A stretch of 64,000 nt of DNA from a bacterium (GCA_015075175.1 JABTUV010000001.1:1103677-1167676); one strand, 5' to 3'. Shown: positions 19,050 through 30,628, counted from the stretch's first letter. Translations and numbers: made by a program. Notes: generated from the sequence alone by a model not told the origin.

Positions 19050-20195
19050 ATGCCCATGACATGGAATGGACGACAGGCGCAACCTACCTCGCGCGACAAA
19101 CGGGCAGGCTGGATCGCCGGGCTGCTGTGCGCCGGACTCTTCTGGGCGACCACCGCTTCCGCCCAGTTTTTCCAGCAGCAGTTCGGCGGGGTGCAGTCCC
19201 GCGCCCGCGCCTCGACTTCCGGCGCCGTCAACAAGGCCGGCCTCTCCGAGGATACCGTTATTCAGATCGATCCCGACACCGGCGCCCTCATCATCGTCAC
19301 CGACGAGGAGACCCACGGGCAGTTGTCCGAGGTGATCCGCGAGCTGGACCGTCCCGTCCCGCAGGTGCTCATCAACGTGCTCTTCCTGGAGGTCACGCAC
19401 ACGAAAGACCTCGACCTAGGCGTGGAGGGGAGTTTCGGCTTCGACGGCAGCAGCCCCGCCGACCGCGACACCCTCCGCAGCGCGTTCGGCGTGGCCGCGG
19501 AGACGCGCGGCGGCTTCTATTATCTGCTCGAGCGCAACCTCAACGTGACCTTGCGCGCCCTCTCCGGCGTGGGCAAACTGGAGGTGCTCTCGCGGCCCTC
19601 CATCCTCACCCGCAGCAATCGCGAGGCCGTCATCACCGTCGGTCAGGTGCTGCCCGTCATCCGCAACAGCCGCATCACCCAGGACGGCCAGACCCTCAAC
19701 ACCATCGAGGAGAAGGACGTCGGCATCATCCTGCGCGTCACCCCCTTCATCACTTCCGACGGCCTGGTCGAGATGGACCTCTCGCCGGAGATTTCCACCC
19801 TCACCGGCGACACCGTTCCCATTACCGAGACCATCAACTATCCGGTCATCGCCAAGCGTTCGGCGGAGACGCGCGTGGTCGTGCCCAATGGGCGCACGGT
19901 CGTCATCGGCGGGCTTATGGAGGACAGCAAGACGCAGGAGGTCTCGAAAGTTCCCGTCCTCGGAGACATTCCGCTTTTGGGGTTGGCCTTTCAGCGCCGC
20001 AAGGACGCCAAGTCCAAGACCGAGCTCCTGATCTTTCTGACGCCGCACGTGCTGATGCGCTCCAGCGAGCTGGACGCCATGTCGGAAGCCGAGACCAACC
20101 GCGCCGAGCTGGCCCCCAAGGTCTTCGACCGGCAGCAGATGCAGAAATACCTGGATATTCCCGCGGAGGAGCCGCAGGAGATTGAACAACCCTAG
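19050..20195 (+). CDS. gspD: Secretin C-terminal (pore-forming) domain protein with its own signal peptide
   Basis: Signal-like MPMTWNGRQ...GLLCAGLFWATTASAQ, an N3-like domain, then the secretin domain VLINVLFLEV...PVLGDIPLLGLAF...ELLIFLTPHVL. Its ATG is preceded by an AGGAAAGGGAAAAAG ribosome-binding site. Confidence 0.8.
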   Translation: MPMTWNGRQAQPTSRDKRAGWIAGLLCAGLFWATTASAQFFQQQFGGVQSRARASTSGAVNKAGLSEDTVIQIDPDTGALIIVTDEETHGQLSEVIRELDRPVPQVLINVLFLEVTHTKDLDLGVEGSFGFDGSSPADRDTLRSAFGVAAETRGGFYYLLERNLNVTLRALSGVGKLEVLSRPSILTRSNREAVITVGQVLPVIRNSRITQDGQTLNTIEEKDVGIILRVTPFITSDGLVEMDLSPEISTLTGDTVPITETINYPVIAKRSAETRVVVPNGRTVVIGGLMEDSKTQEVSKVPVLGDIPLLGLAFQRRKDAKSKTELLIFLTPHVLMRSSELDAMSEAETNRAELAPKVFDRQQMQKYLDIPAEEPQEIEQP

Positions 20196-20199
20196 GACG

Positions 20200-20460
20200 G
20201 CGCCGGCGCCTCAGCGCCGCCCGCGCGATTGCCCCGCAATCGCGCTCGTAATCGCAAGCGATTGCGATTTGTCATCGTGCTGTTACGGATGGAGCTGTCA
20301 TTTCGACCGAAGGGAGAAATCCATCTTGCTGTTACCGCGGGGCGGGCGCGATGCAGAAGATCTCTCGCTTCGGTCGAAATGACAGCTACGATTACAGGCA
20401 GGATTAAGGTTACGATTACGAGTGAAACGGCGCCGCAGCCGAGTGCCAAGCAAGGAGAGA
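20200..20460. repeat. Composite element, copy 1: hexanucleotide arrays (CGTAAT-like / ATTACG-like) flanking a 20-bp perfect inverted repeat with a 58-bp core
   Basis: Left arm AGCTGTCATTTCGACCGAAG and right arm CTTCGGTCGAAATGACAGCT. Flanks are cgcaatcgcgctcgtaatcgcaagcgattgcgattt on the left and ctacgattacaggcaggattaaggttacgattacgag on the right. Confidence 0.7.
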
Positions 20461-20470
20461 CGCAAACGTC

Positions 20471-22065
20471 ATGGGCGGAAAGCGCAGCCATCTGGTCTAC
20501 TGGCTGCTCCTCATCGTGTGGGTGCTGATCGACGTCTGGCAGGTGATCGAGCACGATCGGGTCAGGGAGTCGGCCAAGGCGGCCCTGCGGGGACGGGCGC
20601 GCGACATCTCCAACACCGTGGGGATGGTGATCCGCTCGCGCCGCCAGGTCGTGGACCGGGAACGCATCGAGGAAGCCCTGCGTGAGTTGATGGAGTCGGA
20701 CGTGCTGATCTCGGTCGCCCTGCTCAATCGCGCCGGCGAAGTGCTGGCCTCGGCGGGGGAGCCGGTTGACGACGTGCTCAGGCATCTGCCGGAGGGCGGG
20801 GAACGCTGGGAGCGCGACCGCTACGTCAACTTCAACCCGGTAGACCTGGGCGCGGCGGTCGACCCGCAGGACGCGACCGAGGCCACACCCATCCTGTTCG
20901 ACGACAACGAACCGCCGGATGAAATGCGGCGGCCGCGTGCGCCCTGGCCGCCGGGCGTCACCATCGAGCAGACCTCGTCGGAGTTGATCATCCGGCGGCA
21001 ACTGCCGCCGGGCTGGCCGGCACCGGCTACCGGCGTCTGGGACGGCACGGGCGAACGACCGGGCGGTTGGCGGCCCCCTCCGCCTGACGTGGCGTTTTCC
21101 ACTGCCGAGCGCCGCCCGCCGCGGGCCGGCTTCGGCGGCCCTCCGCGCTGGGGCCGCCCCCGCTGGATTTCCGAACAGCAGTGGGCTTCCATGCTCAACC
21201 AGCGAGGTCACTGCGCAGCTTCGTCCTCGTCATGTCCAATCGCCAACGAGGCGAGGAATGCGCCCGTGACTTCGGCTGCGCTGCGCCGTCTCCGCCATCG
21301 CCCTGGTCGCCGTGGCGAGCCTGGCGCGCCTGGCGCAGCGTCGTCCGCTCCGGCGAGCTCGAATTGCGTCTCGTCCGCGCCAGCGAGACCAACGCCCGCC
21401 TGCGCGAAATGAACTTGGCCGCCGCCGGCCTCGCCCACGAAACCCGCAATCCCCTCAACATCGTGCGCGGCCTTGCCCAACTCATCGCCCAGGACTCCGC
21501 CGCCCCCGACGAAGTGCGCGCCCGCTCGCGTCAGATTGCCGAGGAAGTGGACCGCGTCACTGGACGCCTGGTCGAGTTCATCGATTATTCCCGCCCCCGC
21601 GAACCCAAGCCCGCTCCCGTCCAGCTGGCAACCGTCGTGCGCGACGTCATGCGCACCCTGGACGGCGACCGCGAGGAAAAAGCCGTCGAGTTCTCGCTTT
21701 CCGGTCCTGACCTGGTCGTGGAAGCCGACGAATCCCTCTTGCGACAGGTCCTCTTCAATCTTATGCTCAACGCGGTCGAGGCCGTGGACCACGGGGGCCG
21801 GATCGAAGTCAAGGTCGAGAAAGCCGGCCCGGACGAGGCCGCCTTCGAGGTGCGCGACAACGGTCCGGGCGTGCCGGAAGGCCTGCGCGAGGCCATCTTC
21901 CGTCCCTACTTTACCACCCACAAGGAGGGGACCGGCCTGGGCTTGGCGGTGGTGCGGCAGATCGTTTTGGCGCATCGCTGGGAGATCGCCTGCCTGGCCG
22001 GCGACGGCTCCGGCGCCCGCTTCCGCGTCACCGGTATGAAGCTGGCTTCCCGATCCGCCGCCTGA
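20471..22065 (+). CDS. Sensor histidine kinase (PilS/NtrB-like partner of the downstream sigma-54 regulator) with at least 2 frameshifts around TM2
   Basis: TM1 WLLLIVWVLIDVW and a periplasmic domain in one frame; TM2 AVSAIALVAVASLARLA in a second frame; coiled coil, HisKA (LAHETRNPLN) and HATPase (DNGPGVPEG...GTGLGL) in a third. Confidence 0.7.
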
Positions 22066-22069
22066 CCTC

Positions 22070-22420
22070 GTTTGCGGAACGCAATCGTAATCGTAATCGT
22101 AGTCGATTACGGCTCGTCACCATGCTCGTGCTCGCAAGTCGTAATCGTACTCGTACGGATAGATCTGTCATTTCGACCGAAAGATGCTGTCATTTCGACC
22201 GAGAGATGCTGTCATTTCGACCGATGGATGCTGTCATTTCGACCGAGAGATGCTGTCATTTCGACCGAAGGATGCTGTCATTTCGACCGAAGGATGCTGT
22301 CATTTCGACCGAAGGGAGAAATCTTTCTCGCTGTTACCGCCGGGCGGGTGCGATGCAGAAGGTTTCTGCCTTCGGTCGAAATGACGGCTGCGACGACGAG
22401 TACGAACAAGATTAGGATTA
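22070..22420. repeat. Composite element, copy 2: CGTAAT hexamer array, then 7 tandem 22-bp copies of the left-arm motif (nnnGATGCTGTCATTTCGACCGA), then core and right arm, then hexamers
   Basis: Direct reading of 22158-22315. The core CTGTTACCGCCGGGCGGGTGCGATGCAGAAG is nearly identical to the core of copy 1. Confidence 0.75.
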
Positions 22421-22422
22421 CC

Positions 22423-23778
22423 ATGCCCAACCACGCGCGAATCCTCGTTGTGGACGACGACGCCAGCCAGCGCAGTCTCCTGGAATGCTTTCTGCGCGGG
22501 CGCGGTTACGAGGTCTTGACGGCGGATACCGGCGAGGCGGCGCTGGCGATCCTCTCGTCAGAGGCCATCGACATGGTGATCTCGGACGTGCGCATGCCGG
22601 GCATTTCCGGACTGGAGACGCTGCGGCGCGCGCGGCAGTCGCATGCGGTCCTGCCCGTGTTGTTGGTGACCGCCTACGCGGACATCCGCGACGCGGTCGG
22701 CGCGATGCGCGACGGGGCGGTCAATTACCTGGAAAAGCCCATCGACCTGGATGAGCTTCTGGCGACGGTGCAGGCGGCCCTTGGGCCGCGCGAGGCGCCG
22801 CCGCCGTGGCTGCCCGCCGGTCTCAGATTGCCCGAGCACGTGGTCGCCCGCAGCCCGCTCACGCGCGAGGTTTTCCGCCAGGCCGCCCTGGTGGCGCCCT
22901 CGGATGCCCGCGTGCTGATTACCGGCGAGAGCGGCGTGGGCAAGGAAGTGGTCGCCGACGTGATCCACCTTTGGAGTCCGCGCGCCCGCGGACCCTTTCT
23001 CAAAGTCAACTGCGCCGCCATCCCCGAGTCGCTCTTGGAGAGCGAATTGTTCGGCCACGAGAAGGGCGCGTTTACCGGCGCGGTGGGACGCCGCGCCGGC
23101 CGCTTCGAGGAGGCCGAGGGCGGTTCCATCCTCCTGGACGAAATCGCCGAGATGTCCCCGGCGCTCCAGGCCAAGCTGCTGCGCGTCACGCAAGACGGCA
23201 GCTTTGAGCGCGTCGGCTCCAACGAGCGGCAAAGGAGCAACGTGCGCATCCTGGCATCCACCAACCGCAACCTGGAGGCGGAGGTCGCCGAAGGGCGTTT
23301 CCGCGAGGACCTCTTTTTTCGGCTCAACGTGGTGGAGATTTACGTCCCGCCCCTGCGCGAGCGGCAGGCGGACATCCTGGAACTGGCGCACTTGTTCGCC
23401 GAGCGCTTCGCCAAGCGCAAGCTGCGCTTTTCGGCGGCCTTCGCCACCTGCTTGGAACTGTACGACTGGCCGGGCAACGTGCGCGAGTTGGCCAACGCGC
23501 TGGAGCGCGCCGTGCTGCTGGCGGGCAGCGAACTCCTCCTGCCCGAGCACCTCCCCCGACGCATCCAGAAGGCCGGCGTCGCCTCAACCGACGCCGATGC
23601 TCCCGCCAAGGGCACGCGCATGGTGGACATGGAGCGCTCCCTGATTCTCTCCACCCTGCGGGAGCACAACTTCAGTCGTACCGAGACCGCGCGCACCCTG
23701 GGCATGAGCCGCCGCGCCCTGCTCTATAAGCTGCGCCGCTATGCCGAGGAGGGTTACGACGTCGGCTCCCGCTCGTGA
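22423..23778 (+). CDS. Sigma-54-dependent response regulator (NtrC/PilR family enhancer-binding protein)
   Basis: REC domain (VVDDD...D-VISDVRMPG), AAA+ sigma-54 interaction domain (GESGVGKE, GAFTGA, ESELFGHEKGAFTGA) and a C-terminal Fis-type HTH. Confidence 0.9.
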   Translation: MPNHARILVVDDDASQRSLLECFLRGRGYEVLTADTGEAALAILSSEAIDMVISDVRMPGISGLETLRRARQSHAVLPVLLVTAYADIRDAVGAMRDGAVNYLEKPIDLDELLATVQAALGPREAPPPWLPAGLRLPEHVVARSPLTREVFRQAALVAPSDARVLITGESGVGKEVVADVIHLWSPRARGPFLKVNCAAIPESLLESELFGHEKGAFTGAVGRRAGRFEEAEGGSILLDEIAEMSPALQAKLLRVTQDGSFERVGSNERQRSNVRILASTNRNLEAEVAEGRFREDLFFRLNVVEIYVPPLRERQADILELAHLFAERFAKRKLRFSAAFATCLELYDWPGNVRELANALERAVLLAGSELLLPEHLPRRIQKAGVASTDADAPAKGTRMVDMERSLILSTLREHNFSRTETARTLGMSRRALLYKLRRYAEEGYDVGSRS

Positions 23779-23839
23779 TCGTGTCCCCATCCACTCCTCA
23801 GCGTTTGTTCGGAAGAACGGGCCTTGACGGATTCTTAGA

Positions 23840-23935
23840 AAAAGGAGCAAGCCCAGTCCTCGAGTAGCGGCCCGATGATCCCTGCGCCATGATGCACGAT
23901 GTCGCTTCGGGCCGCGTATCGGAAGGACGGCCTGA
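23840..23935. repeat. Structured repeat of family A (A-rich leader, TCCTCGAGTAGCGGCCCG, variable loop, CGGGCCGCGTATCG-AGGA)
   Basis: Sequence seen directly. It sits between convergent genes and may act as a bidirectional terminator. Confidence 0.6.
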
Positions 23936-24005
23936 CTGCGCCCGACCTCGCTTCAGCGTGGCCTCGGCGCTTGTCCTTTGTGCCTGAGGCGACGACCTGC
24001 GCCAA

Positions 24006-24515
24006 TCACCACCACCGACCACGCATAAGCCTCAATGCCTTCTCCAGGGTCTCCGCCTCGCACGCGAATCCCGCGACCGGCAATCCCTTTTGGCGGGCCG
24101 CGATCGTGGCGGCGGTGGCGCCGCGGATCGCCCAGTGCGCTCCCATCCCCGCCAACATGGCCCGCTCCGCGGGCGAAAGGGCCGTCGCATGGGGCACATC
24201 CGCGACGATCCCGTTCTCCCACTCTTTCAGCCCAAGCTCGTCCAGCAGCGCCCGCCCCAGATCAAGATCGTACGCATGATGCATGGCTACGAAGTGCGGT
24301 CCAATCAGGGCCGGTTCGCCTGCAAGCAGGCGAAGGTGGTCGTGCACCTGTATCGGTTGCGCCTGCGAGCCCAGCGGCGCGCCCGCCGCCCACCAGATGA
24401 CGGCCTCGGCGTTTTTTACCAGTCCCGCAAGGTCGGAAATCGCCGGATTGACCAAGGCCTCATCGACTCCCGCAATTGCCTCGGGAGTATAGAAAAGCAC
24501 GCGTCTGGCGGTCAC
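24006..24515 (-). CDS. Hypothetical protein (169 aa)
   Basis: Clean ORF with protein-like composition; family not recognised. Confidence 0.4.
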   Translation of the reverse strand: MTARRVLFYTPEAIAGVDEALVNPAISDLAGLVKNAEAVIWWAAGAPLGSQAQPIQVHDHLRLLAGEPALIGPHFVAMHHAYDLDLGRALLDELGLKEWENGIVADVPHATALSPAERAMLAGMGAHWAIRGATAATIAARQKGLPVAGFACEAETLEKALRLMRGRWW

Positions 24516-24820
24516 GAGTCCGTGTCCTTGATGAGTGCCGTGAGGGTTGCCGCGAGGCGCCGCGAGTCCGCGCCATGCACCTCCAGCGTCTTGTCGCGGC
24601 TGGTATGGCCGGCGACCACGGAGAGGCAGCGCGCCGGGCAGTCCAATGTCTCCGCCAGCAGCTCAAGCAGCTCGCGGTTGGCCTTGCCCTTCTCCGGCGC
24701 CGCATGGAGGGCGACTTTCAGCCGCTCGCCGACTACCCCGACAATCCCCCGCCGGGAGGACTTGGGAACGACTCGCACCGCGATGCGTATTCCTTCGGGA
24801 ATGATTGAGAGATATTTCAC
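24512..24820 (-). CDS. DUF167 / YggU-family protein
   Basis: Pattern AVRVVPKSSRRGIVGV..LKVALHAAPEKGKANRELLELLAETL...VVAGHTSRDKTL is characteristic of UPF0235. Confidence 0.7.
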   Translation of the reverse strand: MKYLSIIPEGIRIAVRVVPKSSRRGIVGVVGERLKVALHAAPEKGKANRELLELLAETLDCPARCLSVVAGHTSRDKTLEVHGADSRRLAATLTALIKDTDS

Positions 24821-24842
24821 CGCGACGCCCCGCTCACGCTGG

Positions 24843-24893
24843 CCATTCCCTTTCGTAATCGTAATCCTAATCGATTACGAGCACGACTCGCTG
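24843..24893. repeat. Solo hexanucleotide array (cgtaatcgtaatcctaatcgattacgagcacgactcgctgcg)
   Basis: Same CGTAAT/ATTACG motif as at 20.2 kb and 22.1 kb. Confidence 0.6.
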
Positions 24894-24907
24894 CGCGAAT
24901 CGTGGGA

Positions 24908-26663
<1,756 letters not shown>

Positions 26664-26674
<11 letters not shown>

Positions 26675-26936
26675 CAAACTTGCGGTCGATCAACGCTTGG
26701 ATGGCGTCCAACGCCTCGTCCGCGTCCTCCCCCCTCGCCAGAACCTCGATGGTCGAGCCGAACTCCGCCGCCAGCATCATCACCCCCATGATGCTCTTGC
26801 CGTTGACCGACTCCCCGTCCTTGGTGATGACGATCTCCGACTCAAAGGGCTGCACGGTCTCGACCAGCAGCGCGCAGGGACGCGCGTGCAGGCCCGCCTG
26901 GTTGCTGATGGTGAAGGTGCGCCTCTTTTCCTTCAT
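26664..26936 (-). CDS. ptsH: Phosphocarrier protein HPr
   Basis: MKEKRRTFTISNQAGLHARPCALLV... (HPr family, active His15 in the GLHARP context). Its ATG is preceded by a GGGAGCAGCGAGG ribosome-binding site. Confidence 0.8.
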
Positions 26937-27902
26937 ACCTCGCTGCTCCCTTCCGCCTGCGGCGGACGGTTCTTTCCCGATGACCTCGCGCAGGCGGTCG
27001 TCCAGCTCGCGGCTGGAGTGAATGCCCATCGACTTCAGGGTCTGGTTGAGCGCGCCCACCTCGATGATGGTCCCGATGTCCCGGCCCGGTCGAACCGGTA
27101 TGGTGATATGCGGCAACTCGACCTCCAGGATTTCAAACTTGTTGTCGTCGATGCCCAGCCGGTCCGAGAACCCCTGTTCGCCGCCTTCCACCAGCGTGAC
27201 CACCAACCGGATGCGCTTGCGCGGCCGCACCGCCTTGGCCCCGAACATGCGCTGCACATCAATTACTCCCAGCCCCCGGATCTCCATGTGGTGCGAGATC
27301 ACCGGCGAACAGGCGCCGATCAGGATCGAGCCTCCCAAGCAGCGGATGTCCACCACGTCGTCGGCGACCAGGATATGGCCGCGGGTGACCAGTTCCAGGG
27401 CGCATTCGCTCTTGCCCACGCCGCTGGCGCCGCGGATCAATACCCCCAAACCGTACACGTCCAAGAGCGAGCCGTGCACCAGCGTGCGCGGCGCGAACTC
27501 CGGCTCCAGCGAGTCCCACAGCCGCAGCGTCAACTTGGGCGTGGGCAGTGGCGTCACGAACACCGGTGTCGCGAACCGCTCCGCCAGCCCCAACACGAAC
27601 TCCGGCGGCCGGTAGCCCTTGGAGAAGATCACGCACGGTGTTGCGGGAGCGCCCAGGATGAACTCGCACGCCCGCCGCACCTGCTCGTCGCCCTGCGCCA
27701 GGTGCTCGTCCAGGTACGCCGACTCCCCGCTGCCGAAAATCTGAATCCGCTCCGCCCGGTAGCGGCTGTGGTAGCCCGTCAACTCGAGCGCCGGCCGATT
27801 CAGCTCCGCCGTCGTAATCTCACGTTCCAGGCCCTGGACCCCCGCCAGCAGCGTCAGGCCGAGCGCCGGTTCAGCCGCCAGGTTTGAGACTCGGTATGCC
27901 AT
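26937..27902 (-). CDS. hprK: HPr kinase/phosphorylase. No stop is observed before ptsH (an apparent read-through fusion, probably a 3' indel)
   Basis: Walker A GASGVGKSE and HprK family motifs. In the -1 frame a TGA overlaps the ptsH ATG (ATGA), which suggests a frameshift error near 26960. Confidence 0.75.
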
Positions 27903-28039
27903 AGTACCAAACGACGGAACTTCCTTCCCGGCCGATCTTCAGCTTCGACCTGACGTCACGGGCAAGATCATAGACGACTCCCGTGCGCCTGTAAATCACC
28001 CATGTCAGGTGGGTGCAGCCGTGAGATTCTGAGGCTGCG

Positions 28040-28200
28040 GCATCTTCACCTCTCCCTGGAGGGAGAGGTCAGCGTCCTGAGCGAAGACGAAGGGTGCCGG
28101 GTGAGGGGGAACGCCCGCCCGCCGCACCCCCTCACCCTTACCCTCTCCCCAAGGGAGAGGGAACTCCCACCTCCTCCCCTGGGAGAGAACACCATGTCAG
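28040..28200. repeat. Family B REP-like GC palindromes (CCTCTCCCTGGAGGGAGAGG; CCCCTCACCC...CCCTCTCCCCAAGGGAGAGGG)
   Basis: Same motifs as at 100-340. Confidence 0.6.
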
Positions 28201-28279
28201 GTCTGGCCAAACCCATCTCCGAGCGGTAGTCTTAAGCCTCGCGTGACGGCCCGCTTGTATCTACGAAGGAGGACGTGAC

Positions 28280-30322
28280 ATGAGTCATCGTCTTACCCGG
28301 CGCGACTTTCTGGCGACGACTGGACTGGCGACGGTCGCCGGACTTGCTCCCGCCTGGGTCCACGGGCGCGCCCCCGGCCCAATATCCTCATCATCCTGGC
28401 CGACGACTTGGGCTTCTCCGACATCGGCTGCTTCGGCGGCGAAATCCACACCCCCAACCTGGACGCGCTGGCGGGCAACGGCCTGCGCATGACGCACTTC
28501 TACAATACCGCCCGCTGCTGTCCCAGCCGCGCCAGCCTGCTCACGGGTCTCTACCCCCACCAGGCGGGCGTCGGCTGGATGGTCGCCGATTACGACAAGC
28601 CCGGCTATCGCGGCTTTCTCTCCGACCGCGTTGTGACCATCGCCGAGGCCCTGCGTCCGGCCGGCTACACGACCCTCATGTCCGGCAAGTGGCACGTCGG
28701 TGAGGTCCGCCCCCACTGGCCCGTGGACCGCGGTTTCGACGAGTATTACGGCATCGTCTCCGGCGGCAGCAACTACTGGAAACTGGACCGGGGCGCGTCT
28801 TCGCCCGCAACGACCAGCCCATCGTGCCGGACGCCCCCGGCTTTTACATGACCGACGCCTTCACCGACAACGCCCTCTCCTTTCTGGACCGGTACGCTGG
28901 CGGAGACAAGCCCTTCTTCCTGTATCTCGCTTACACCGCCCGCACTGGCCGCTGCACGCTTGGCCGGAGGACATCGAGAAGTATCGCGGCCGGTATCTCT
29001 GCGGGTGGGATCGGCTACGGCGGCGGCGGCATGAACGCATGATCGGCATGGGCATCGTCCGAAAAGAATGGCCGCTGACGCCCCGCGACTCCGTCGCACC
29101 CGCCTGGGACAGCCTGGGCGAAGACAGGAAACGCGACCTGGACCTGCGCATGGCCATCTACGCCGCGCAGGTGGATCGCATGGATCACAACATTGGCCGC
29201 GTGGTGCAACGACTGCGTCAATTGGGCCGGCTCGATAACACGTTGATCCTCTTTCTGGCCGACAACGGCGGCTGCGCGGAGGGCGGGCCGTTCGGCTTCG
29301 ACCGCGGAGAGGGACCCTTGGGAACCGCCGATTCGTACTCCAGTTACGGCCTCGGCTGGGCCAACGCCAGCAATACGCCTTTCCGCCGTTACAAGCACTG
29401 GGTCCACGAGGGCGGCATCGCCACCCCGCTGATCGCCCACTGGCCGGCAGTTATCAAGGCGCGTGGCACCCTTTCCGATCAGCCCGGCCACATCATCGAT
29501 CTCATGGCGACCTGCCTGGACGTGGCCGGCGCGAAATATCCCCGGGAGTTCGGGGGACATGAAATAACGCCGCTGGAGGGTAAGAGCCTCCTGCCTATCC
29601 TGGAGGGGAAGAAGCGCAAGGGGCACGAGGCCATCTTCTGGGAGCACGAGGGCAACCGCGCCGTGCGCGCCGGCGACTGGAAACTGGTGTCGCGCTTTCC
29701 CGGCAAGTGGGAACTCTACAACCTGCAAGAGGACCGCACGGAACTCCACGACCTGGCCGCCGAGCATCCCCGCAAGGTGCGGGAATTGGAGGCGCTCTAC
29801 AAACAGTGGGCGGAGCGCAGCCAGGTCCTGCCCTGGCCGGTGCGAACTCCGCCGTCTTCCGGCCGGCGCGAGTTCGTGCTCAAGGTCGGGGACCGGCTCG
29901 AGGGCGGGGAGGTTCCCAACATCGCCGAGACGGCGTTGCGCGTGAGTGCGAGCGTTACAGCAACGGGGGACGGCGTGATCGTCGCCCAGGGCGGTTCCCA
30001 GGCGGGCTTCGCGCTCTCCGTCGAGGATGGCCGGCCGGCGTTTACCGTGCGCAGCTGGCAAGCGACCACGACCATTAGGTCGGGACAGTCGATCCTGGGA
30101 CGCAAAGTGACGCTCCGGGCGCAGTTGGACGAAAACGGCGCCATGACGCTCTGGATCGACGACGAGAAGACGGCGAAGGGTTCCGCGCCTATTCTGATTC
30201 ACACCGTGCCCGGTGAGGGCCTTTTTGTAGGACGTGATCCCGGCAATCCCGTGGGCGCCTACGCGGCTCCCAGCGCCTTTGCAGGCACGATCCACGAAGT
30301 GCGCCTTACCCTCTTGCCGTAG
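28280..30322 (+). pseudogene. Arylsulfatase (formylglycine-dependent sulfatase, TAT-secreted) with 3 homopolymer frameshifts
   Basis: TAT signal RRDFLATTGLATVAGLA. Sulfatase motifs NILIILADDLGFSDIGCFGG and CCPSRASLLTG. The frame breaks fall at a C5 run (28371), a G4 run (28790) and a C3 run (28939). Confidence 0.8.
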
Positions 30323-30380
30323 TTGCGCCGCGCCTTGCCCTGAGTAGGCCGCAGGCCGCATCGAGGGGTGCTGCGCGTTG
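30323..30380. repeat. Hairpin repeat directly after the stop (family C/A variant: TAGTTGCGC..CCCTGAGTAGGCC..GGCCGCATCGAGGGGTGCTGCGC)
   Basis: Near-identical copy at 31229-31290. Confidence 0.55.
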
Positions 30381-30628
30381 CCGTGTTGGCGCAGCGTGCT
30401 GCGCGCGCGGAGCGGCATGGGTCCTATAGGACCTATAGGAACGATGGGACGACCTTCACGGCCGGCAATTTCCGCCGACGCCGTTCCATTCGTCCCATAA
30501 TCCTCATTTCGCCGGATCTTCCCTTGCTTCGCCCTTGACGCCGCCCGTGCCCTGTGCGAGATTATTGTCGCCTGCCCCGCTTCTACCGGAACTGTGTGCG
30601 CGTTTGGCGCGTTGGAGGCGCTTTGGCC

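Noticed and set aside
20200-20460. Integron attC-like site (imperfect palindrome of ~100 bp)
   Set aside because: No GTTRRRY / RYYYAAC core sites, no intI or gene-cassette organisation. The arms are perfectly complementary, unlike the bulged attC structure
22158-22315. Possible CRISPR array (7 copies of a 22-bp unit)
   Set aside because: No spacers; the units are direct head-to-tail copies of the inverted-repeat arm of the flanking element
22122-22415. ORFs encoding repeated ...CCHFDRxMLSFRPxDAVISTE... peptides
   Set aside because: Translation of the 22-bp tandem repeat array. Periodicity in the peptide simply mirrors the DNA repeat
24006-24515. Possible nucleoside phosphorylase / MTA-nucleosidase-like protein with apparently permuted motif order
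   Set aside because: The resemblance rests on short glycine-rich stretches recalled from memory only and the motif order does not fit. Left as a hypothetical protein
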